Positions 55,168 to 64,000 of a DNA stretch of 64,000 nucleotides are shown here, one piece after another. The notes below the pieces were generated by a model. The model was given only the letters and a program-made list of their open reading frames with translations. It ran no database searches and was not told where the DNA came from. How positions within the stretch are numbered: the stretch's first letter is position 1; each line of letters starts with the position of its first letter. The DNA comes from Tubiluchus corallicola (lineage: Eukaryota; Animalia; Priapulida). The stretch is taken from positions 1 to 64,000 of the forward strand of contig JAQGDQ010000160.1 in assembly GCA_030141605.1 (NCBI GenBank), read 5' to 3'. The position numbers and the translations under genes are program-made.

Positions 55168-58100
55168 CTTGTTCTTATTAGTGACCTGAAGTTGGAAAAA
55201 TGCATCAGCGACTTGGTATAGGCGACTGAGATAATTCCAAGTGATCTACAAAGTTCTGGCATTATATTGCATTTAACATCATGAATTTCTTAAACTTTCA
55301 ATATATAGAAAAATTCAAAATAAAAGCTCATTTATCCTGAAAAACACTATTAATAATTGTTTTTAGAAATCAAAATATATCTATTTAATTACAGTACTTA
55401 TGTCAATTCAGATTATTTTTGAAAATATAATTGAAATAATATTACTGGTTAAAATGAAATATAAGTAAATGCTCTAAAAGTCAATTCCAAAATAATGAAA
55501 CTAATATTGGCCTACTATATTATACAATGTTCCAAAATCACTGAAACAAATACTGAAAAATCTGAAAAGTTAACGAAAACCAGTTAAACAGAGCAAGAAC
55601 TTTCCCTAAGGCACAAAAATTGCATACTACATTTCTGATCGAAGTCAACATATGATAGAAAAGCAGTAATCATTAACAGATGGGAAACACAATCTACAAG
55701 GTAAGTAGAATAATAATTTGCATAAATCAAATGAGTACTTGAAAAGTTTTAATATTAAGTAGCAGTTCACAGACTGACAGATGAAAACTGAAAACTCGTC
55801 AACTCATGTAGGCTATTACTGCAACTACAATAGTGTTTTTAAGAACTGTGTGCTGAACAATCATCAAAATTCAAAAACACTCGATTTGAACCCATGCTTC
55901 GCCTAGCCAGTATATATCAACTATTGAATAAATAAATGGTTCTTAATAAAATATATATAAAACTCAACGTTGACCAGAAATTGTTCAATCAAGATCTTTA
56001 TTGGAATGTATGTATAGGCATATGTGCGTGTGTGTATACATTCTGATAAAATCTTTGAGTCACCAAAAGTCTCATTACATTATTTTGATAGATATGATTT
56101 AAATGAAACATCGGCATGTACATTCATTCTTGATGAGGAGGAGGAGTTCAAACAAAACGTACAACCAGCTAAGAGCCTACTTATATAACTGAAACAAGCC
56201 TCAGTCTCTATTGTCTGGATAGGGCAAAAGTACTATCTGTTATAAGAGTGCAACTGGACCAATGATACATTTCCCAAAAAAAGAATGTGCCCAAAAATTT
56301 TTTGCAAAGGGCACTCCACGAGACAGGTTGATTAATTAATACGTTAAATATTTAAGTCTTATTTGCAAAAGCGCTTTTTCTGAGTGCATATAATAGTAAG
56401 TGCTGTTATAAACTCATCAACAGTGGTCATCAGTTGAGTTTGCATATAAGAACATATTGAAAGGGCTAAAAAAAGAAAAAATATTTTTGTTTAATCTTGT
56501 AAAAAGTTTCTCAAGCTTGGCAGTGAAAAACATTCCTGCACAATCCCCACCGTATGATGGTCACTGGCACCTATTTATTTACAGGAAATATTGCAGAAGT
56601 GACATTATCCGAGAAATACAGGTGCAGTGGGAAGGCCATTCAATAAAAACCATATTTTCGTGCATAATAAGAAGTTTTTCTGTCCTTCCTCCTAAATTCT
56701 GGAAGCTAAGAAACCGTTCAAAAAAGTTCAAGAAAGACTTACAAATCACATTTTATTTCAACAAGCTTTTTATCAGTAATCTTTCAGTTCTAATTTACAA
56801 TGCTTATCTCACATCTTTTCTGTCAGATGTTGAGAAACACACCAGTATAGTGCATTTATTCTTATTTACACAAGTTGCTTGAATCTGTCCCAGCAAACAG
56901 GTCTACTAATGAATGTATCTTCTGAATAAGCCTGTAGATAGTATTACTTGGCATTCTGCTATATTCTATTTCTGATAGGCTTCTTCTGAAGTCTATTCAA
57001 CTAGTAGTCCAACTTTATCTTACCATGTACTAAGTAAAACTTAGCTAAGCCGTTTATGTTGAAGGCCAAAAACTACTGTTATACTAATGTAACTGATCTG
57101 CTTATTTGTCTCATTGTAAATATCATCATGCCATGTAATTTTATTTAATAATTATCCACATATTGCAGTAACTTATTCTTCGTTTCTATTCACTTAAATA
57201 ATACTACCAAGTAAAAAGATGCAATAGTAACAATTTCGCATTTATTTTGGGTCTGGAACGAAGAATGGGTTTTTGAACTTGGGGCAAAACTTCAGCACAA
57301 GTCTAGCTCTCGATTAAATATTCTAAAATAAAAAACTCAAACTTCCCGACTTCATAATCACATTTTAGTACTATATGAATTAGTAGTTTTTCTCAATTTT
57401 AGTTATTTCAAGATTTCATTTCTGACTATATTTTAATTGTACATGCGTATAGGGTTCATCGTAGTATGTGCGCTATGAATATGTATGTGACAGTGACACG
57501 CGGTTTAATTGATTACAAAGCATACCAGTTATAAGCAAATTATGATGACCAGGTGACTGGTTCATATGTAGTTGTATACAGTGTAAAAGGGGAAGTTTTG
57601 AAATATCTCAAATTAAATGCTACCTCAAATTAAAAAAGTTCACAGTGTGAATGATGTGTAATATGTTTCAATTAAAAAACTCTTTTTTCCTCTAATTAAC
57701 TGAAAGCAAGACTAGACAAGTTTTGGGCATTGTAAAGTTAAGCCAAGACAAATTTTGGGCACTGCAAAGTTATGTATTCTGAAGTGCCTGTTAAAAAACT
57801 GTCAAAAGCCACAAAGCCATCTGGGAACTAAGGCTACGACTGTAATAATACAACCAGGTCACAATGCGATACGTATCACAATACAAGTGAGTTAACGTTT
57901 GCAGGTTTTTTAAAAAACCAAAATAATTCAACAAGCTGTTTGATTTTTGTTTATTAGGCCCATTTGTGTATTGCTTGCAACATAGGTCACCAGAAAAACA
58001 CAACATTTTCTTTTACAATACTTTACAATTAAAAGACACTAGTGTACTTCTGGTACGTGCATTTGCCATTTCATAATTTTATATGCGAAAACATAAATAG

Positions 58101-58469
58101 CCCACTACATAACACAGGCCGCTTTCAACCACCTTTCTCACGTCACCCACTGCTGTACTCACTACACTGTTTGTTAAGTATCTGCAGTACACGCCACAGA
58201 TGCAGCCTGAATTATTTGACATTATTATCGGTGGATGGTCAAGCCATGTTATTTGTCAATGACTCAGATTAGCATGATACGGGTGCACTTTGATGATACA
58301 TGCAACATAACAAAATATATCACGATGCATCGATGTATTGTCACATGCCTAAACTGTGTTCTTCCTAATAGCTAAGCTCTCAAAATTTGCTTATGGCAGC
58401 AAACCGTATGGTAAAGGGAGCACACAGATTCATGAAGGCATATAATCTATAAGCCTAATACAATTTAGG

Positions 58470-58920
58470 AATTCACTGCTTGTAAATGGACAGCCAATCG
58501 CAAATGCTTTCTAACCAAGAAAAATGTAAACTGTCCACATTGAATTGGCTACAACAAAAAATATCACTGAAAGAACAATGAAGTTAGTAACAATATAAGA
58601 CAATGAAGAGGAGGAGGATCTGGGTATAAAATTTACAGAAGTTGCACATATTGCTGAAAAAGTGAAAAAACAACTGCTAGGTACGATTAGAAAAATTTCA
58701 GTAGTAGATCCACTGAAGTAATTGCTCCAAATATACATGTACATTGCCAGTTTGGAGTCCTCACTTTTCAGGATTAAGAGAGCAAATTGATTTAGGGGAT
58801 ACGAAGGCAAGCAACGAAACTACATGCAATCTGTGAAACTTGCACGTTGTAAGAGGTTGCAGAAACTAAAATTACACATGCTAGCAATCTGATGTATTGG
58901 AGGAGACTTGTCACAAATAC
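58470..58920 (+). mobile_element. CR1-clade LINE remnant (RT C-terminal region), heavily degraded
   Basis: Fragments QEKCK, EEEDLGIKF..HIAEKVKK..LLGTIRK, RQATKL and KRLQKLKL..GGDL occur in the order of the CR1 ORF2 consensus (EKDLGV..LGxIRR..RRATK..ERLxxLxL..RGDL), with stops and frameshifts. Confidence 0.7.
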
Positions 58921-59541
58921 ACATGTGATTGTAGCAACAGAGAGTAGATTTTTGTTACTTGCTGATTACCTAACGTGGAATGAATACAATTAATGAGTTA
59001 TTAGCATTTTAAGACGTCAATGATTTATACGTTAAAGTTTCTGCACTGATTAATAGCAATCGTTTTACTTGTGCCTCTGGCAGTATTTTTGCAGATTCTC
59101 TGCATTCTGTAGTGTTTCACTGTTGCTGTAATTTACATTGCTTGAAAACTTTTAAATTGTTAATTACCTTATCTAAGAATACCTTATCCAAAGAAATAAG
59201 GACCTAGATCATAACTATATATTAAACGGTCCTCTCTCATACGCCTTTTGAAACTGTCAACTGATGAAGCACTGATGGTTGATGATATAAGATTATTGTT
59301 TCAATGCTGAGTGGATTTTATGAAATTGTTCTATTCCTGAAGTTTTACCATGAACATAAAACCATGGTATTGATTCGCAATCTATAGCAGACTGCACTCT
59401 ACACACCTTGTTTAGAAAATTATTACAATATAACAATTATAGTACAACGGTGTTTACCAGCGTCAGTAAATGCCCCTTTTACTGTAAATTGACTCACTGA
59501 GAAATTGGCGACTTTCAAACACAAATTGAAATGGGTTTGTT

Positions 59542-60291
59542 GGGCGACGAGTAACCCACTAGCCGAAGTAGGACAATTGGCGTACATGGGCTAGCCGAAG
59601 TATGACACGTCGTACATGGGCTGCCCAAGTAGGACACTAGAGACAGGCCACAAATTGAGTCATTAACCGTACTGGCAGCACTCGATCTCCTTGTTTATTT
59701 AATAATAATAATTGACAACGTCAGAAATGTTGAATAATTTATTATACATCTGATAAAATAAAAGAATCTTATTTTGAGTTAGTAAAATGACCAATATTAA
59801 ATTTGGCTTCGATATTAATGTTTTGAAGTGAAATAAGCCCACTTCTTAGGTGATTCCAACATTTGCTTAAGGTATATCATTTTTATTTTTTCTCGCTTCA
59901 CAGACAGGTGATCCGTTTCACTACCTCTTGGACAAATAATTGTTTTCTACTAAGTAAACAGGCTAGCGAGCTATGTCAGTATGTGCCCTACATAGTTTCT
60001 CTCTTTAAAGCATTAGCTATTCAGTTTAATGTTATGATGATGTTAATGGAGCTAATAATGATGATATTATTGTAAAAAACACATTGTAAATTGTCAAGGA
60101 CTATCCATCATTATTATCAAGTTATCTTTTCTAAAACAAATTTAGTTTTAGTTTTTACGTTTCATTATGTCATAATTCTCGACAGAAATGTCCTACTTGG
60201 GCTGCCCATGTAAGACACTGGTTTTCCGCAAATTTAGCACATGCGTTTTACCGGAAGTGTCCTACTTCGGCTAGTGGGTTACTCGGCGCCC
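59542..60291. mobile_element. 750-bp non-autonomous TIR element (MITE)
   Basis: 34-bp TIR GGGCGACGAGTAACCCACTAGCCGAAGTAGGACA vs TGTCCTACTTCGGCTAGTGGGTTACTCGGCGCCC (1 mismatch). Internal repeats of the CCxAAGTAGGACA motif at 59590-59637 and 60189-60210. Flanks are TT / TA. Confidence 0.9.
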
Positions 60292-60404
60292 TACAGCGTT
60301 TCTTCGAATACCATAAAAACTTATAAAAGCAATTAACAAATTCGCATTCTTTTTCTTATATTATTCACGTTCCAGAGATGAAGTAACTACGAAAAAACAC
60401 TTAC

Positions 60405-60590
60405 CAGAGCGTACTTCATGCAGTATATGCGCTTGATACTGATACAGCAACAAAGCTACATTCACAAAATTTTCCAGAAAATCACAAATAACCGCTTTCA
60501 TAAAGGTGAAAATGGCGACTGTTAAGATCACGTGACTACCACGCGTCTTGCTGCCCTTAGCATCGATCATGCCATCTTCCGGCTGGTTAA
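60405..60590 (-). promoter_or_regulatory. candidate housekeeping promoter and first exon of MAX
   Basis: CpG-enriched patch with YY1-type AAAATGGCG (60509-60517), E-box TCACGTGA (60528-60535), CACGCG (60540-60545) and GCCATCTTCCGG YY1/ETS (60571-60582), followed by consensus donor CTG|GTAAGT at 60405/60404. Confidence 0.6.
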
Positions 60591-63553
60591 CAAAATAGAA
60601 ATAGCTGTTTGACTGTTACAATAATGTCACTTACCAGAACAAGTTATCAAAAATAAAAATTAAATAAATAAAACAGAATAAAATAAAATGAAAAATGCAC
60701 GATTTAAATATCATTATAAACTTTCATTTTGCTGTTTCTTCAACTTTTTTCTGTAATTCTCTAGTCTAAATTAGGCAATTATGTTGCGCATTGGACCCTG
60801 TTATCACAGAATTATTGCAATTTACGGTGATTACATTTTATACTCGCCAAAATCTTTATTTCCTCCCTCTCTCTTTCTCTCACTCCCTCTCTCTCTCTTC
60901 CCTCCCACTCTCTCTTGCACAAAGTTTGAAGTGTTATCAACAACAAATAATGAGAATGCATAAAATTACTTTCAACAACTGCTATTAAGACTCGATTTAT
61001 TATTAGAAAACACAACGACAACTGCTTTACCAAGAACTAAAATTTATGGTACAAACTGTATAAAGATGCTACATTATCAATGTTTTATTCAGATGTAAAA
61101 TTATTATTCAGATTTTTTATCTCATGGTTGGCCTCAAACCATCAAGGGAAGTAATTTACATGATTAACTTTTATATATACAATCAAAATTGCAAGCCAAG
61201 GCAAAACTCACAATTTAGAAAAAACTTAAAAAATAGATTTGGCGAGAAGCTTCGATCAATGTTTGTTGTTGTTTTTTCATTGTGTCATTAAGTTGTGAAC
61301 AAAATCTTTATAAGGCTTCGGTTTAGCTCAATACAATACAATTATTACATTTTAGGTCCCGTCTAATTAACGAAAATGTAGCAAATTGCAGAACATAAAG
61401 AAGATGCTTATCACATGTGACAGAATCACCTGTTTAATGAAGCTTTGACTATCCATTACAATACAGCTGTTAACATTATGCCACTGTCTATTTTTAATCT
61501 TTTTTACAATTTTTGTTTTGCCCCACACATTTAAAAAATGAAAATTTTATAACTTTCCTGATCATTGTACTGTAATTGACAGATCTAGTAAAATATTTAC
61601 GTAATATACACTCAGTAAAATAATACCTTCTCCGTTCTACTAAATCAATAATAAGATCTTCTACATTATTTAGGGCATGCAAAAATACGTGTCAAAATAA
61701 AATATAAATATCAAGTAAAACGAGTAAATTTAGGGACATAATACATACAGTGAAAGTACAGCCAATAAAAAACAACACAAAACATTAAAGGACGATGCAG
61801 CAAACTGATTATCTGCTGTCTTACTATTATTCAGCCATTTACAGTGACTGCACATCTGGTACTACTGAAGCCCACCATACTTAACAAACTACACCTGTTT
61901 ACAATAACAATGGTTAGTTATTACTGAAAAGTACACAGCTAACTTGCACAAACTTAAATTATCTCACAAAACCTTTTCCCCACAAACTCGGCATTTTCAC
62001 CTGCCCTTAACTCAACAACTTTTGAAGCATTTCTTTTCAGTTTTTCGTGTTGATGCTATATCATACACGAAATCATGCAAAATAATGATGTAAGAATTTC
62101 CAAAAATGTCAAGTGAGCCCAACATGAATAATGCACATATGAATTTGATTTTAGTGCTAGATTTTGCTATTTTTCAATAAGTTATCAGACTAGTCACTTT
62201 TCCAACTGGTGTCTTCCCTTAATATGAAACAAATCACTTAACTTGGGATTGAAAAAGTCTTGCTGATATGCAATGACACTGCAAGTAAGTTTTACTTTGA
62301 TTTGTGCTGTGTTTAATGCACCATGCTGTCTTTACAGAACAATAGTCTCACTTCCAAACTTTTATGTTACATAATACTTATCGCTTAATCCACTATTTTC
62401 TAGAGGTAGGCACTCTGTCTAACACAGAAGATGAATAAAACCCACAGTAACACTTCACTTTTTAACCTTTGCAACGTATCATTCAATATAGGTTCTTATA
62501 TCTGTGATACCCAACGGGTCAGGACCCAAACTTGGATAATGATCTACCTACGCTTTATGCATTCATAATGAAGTTGGCACTTGTTACTCAAATGGTTGGA
62601 ACTGTTCCGAATTACCAATCTGCATTAAATGCTGTCAAATTAATTCTCTACATTTAAGATGAATAGTTACTGAAATTTTTATTAAAATGTGAGCTATGAT
62701 GTCTTATTAATCAGTCACAATTTTTACAATCTTATCTCATTCTCGATATACAAAAATTAAAGAAATAAAGCGTAAGTAATAATTTGAATTAGCCTAAAAC
62801 TTGCAAGCTTCATCAAGTTTTAAGAGAAGCAAATCAAATAAAGAACATGAATCTTTTTCTTGTAATTTTTATTCATTTTGCTGAAAAATCATGATAAAAA
62901 GAAATAAAAAATGCTGAAACATTACAATAAAATTTCGCTAAATCAAAAAGATTACCTCACTCGACGCTAGCAAATAAAATACCTTGTCAAATTCATTGAA
63001 AATCTGGTGCATAGAATCACTGGTACGCATTACTTATTAACTTTCGCTATTTTTATGTGAAAAATGTACACAGCATAATTAAGTTTTTCTAAGCTACTTA
63101 TATCCAAGTTTTACACTACAGCCAATCATTCTTGTAGCTCTTTCATCTAACTTTGACAGGGAGTTATAAACTGCTGATTCTACTTAGTTCAGTAAGCTAT
63201 AAACAACAGACAAAAGCTAAATGAAACCCATGAAGATCTCTAAAATTTGCAGTTGCCGTAATTAGTGTTCTAACCCACCACCAAGGCTATCCTGCAATTT
63301 AATTAAATATATGAATTCATTACAGACACTAGAATAACTAACCCGGTGCTTAACAACCTTATTAAAGAAAGCCCTTTATGTACCTTCATTTCATACAAGA
63401 TTATATAAAAAAAACTACTGGACCATTACGTCAGTGCTTACATAAAAAAATCACAAAGTGCAACAAAAACCCAACAAAATATGTTTCTGCTTTTACAAGA
63501 TAAACAAGCAGAAATTAACAGGCCAGCAGTAAAAGTATCCAACACAACCTTGC

Positions 63554-63693
63554 TTATTCCACAAGCTCTACATAGTTAGCAGGAAATAGTCCATAGTCTC
63601 CACTTGGACCAAATCCGCGCCACCATCCTGGATCTATCTGATCTACATGAGTGATAATGTCGTCTGGATCAAATGTTATCTCTGTTTCATCAG
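63554..63693 (-). CDS. DBNL: terminal exon (SH3 domain) of drebrin-like protein / Abp1; the rest of the gene lies beyond the window
   Basis: Acceptor tttctag| followed by (A)[45 protein letters not shown]. This is a C-terminal SH3 with the GWWRGxGPxG loop of DBNL rather than cortactin. Confidence 0.85.
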
Positions 63694-64000
63694 CTAGAAA
63701 ATTATAAAAAAGAGTAAACTTTATGTAAATAGTAATATATTCACAACCATTTCAGTTTTTTACAGGCAATAAAAAAGATCAGTCTCAAGGCACCTATTTT
63801 GTTTCAATCAATGGCAAATAAGTGACAGTCTTTTAGCTGCATAAAATAAATGAGAAAAAGAAGAAACATAAATGGCCATAGAACAGTGCTCCTCATCATA
63901 AATTTAATGGCACATGTAAACAAATTATTGTTACTGCACAGTACAAGCAATACTGCAAAAGAACAGATAATTTTGTTGGCTTTTTTTTCAAACGACGCAT

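Noticed and set aside
56457-56882. 141-aa plus-strand ORF in the MAX leader intron, and other 60-140 aa ORFs in introns (e.g. 13638-13997, 51823-52233)
   Set aside because: Non-ATG or context-poor starts, F/L/I/K-rich composition expected from AT-rich DNA, no domain motifs or splice support.
63554-63693. Cortactin assignment for the SH3 exon
   Set aside because: The loop [10 protein letters not shown] and the VELVE ending fit DBNL/Abp1 better than cortactin (GWWRGxCxG..VELRQ).

Overview
AT-rich, intron-containing eukaryotic (animal, probably invertebrate) genomic DNA, not prokaryotic. Exons were assembled by hand from GT-AG sites and protein-family motifs. Five genes are supported. (1) The 3' two-thirds of an SLC26 (prestin/pendrin-type) anion transporter, + strand, 12 exons, 1-7402. 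(2) A METTL27/WBSCR27-like SAM methyltransferase, + strand, with two homologous candidate first coding exons (10382-10552 and 14118-14213), ending at 19751. (3) A complete 15-exon RBBP6 E3 ligase (DWNN, zinc knuckle, RING, huge RS/RD-rich tail, about 2359 aa), - strand, 50836-22626. (4) A MAX bHLH-Zip gene with an intronless CDS, - strand, 55167-54670. (5) The last (SH3) exon of a drebrin-like/Abp1 gene, - strand, 63693-63554. Introns carry a disrupted IS630-Tc1-mariner element with DD33E spacing, two hAT-type MITEs with 8-bp TSDs, a 750-bp TIR MITE, a foldback element, a CR1 LINE remnant and microsatellites. The most interesting signals are the duplicated alternative first exons of METTL27, a candidate DWNN-only short RBBP6 isoform (terminal exon plus poly(A) signal in the 11.8-kb intron 3), and the retrogene-like MAX with an E-box-containing promoter directly upstream of RBBP6. 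No database search was run, so family assignments rest on recalled motifs.
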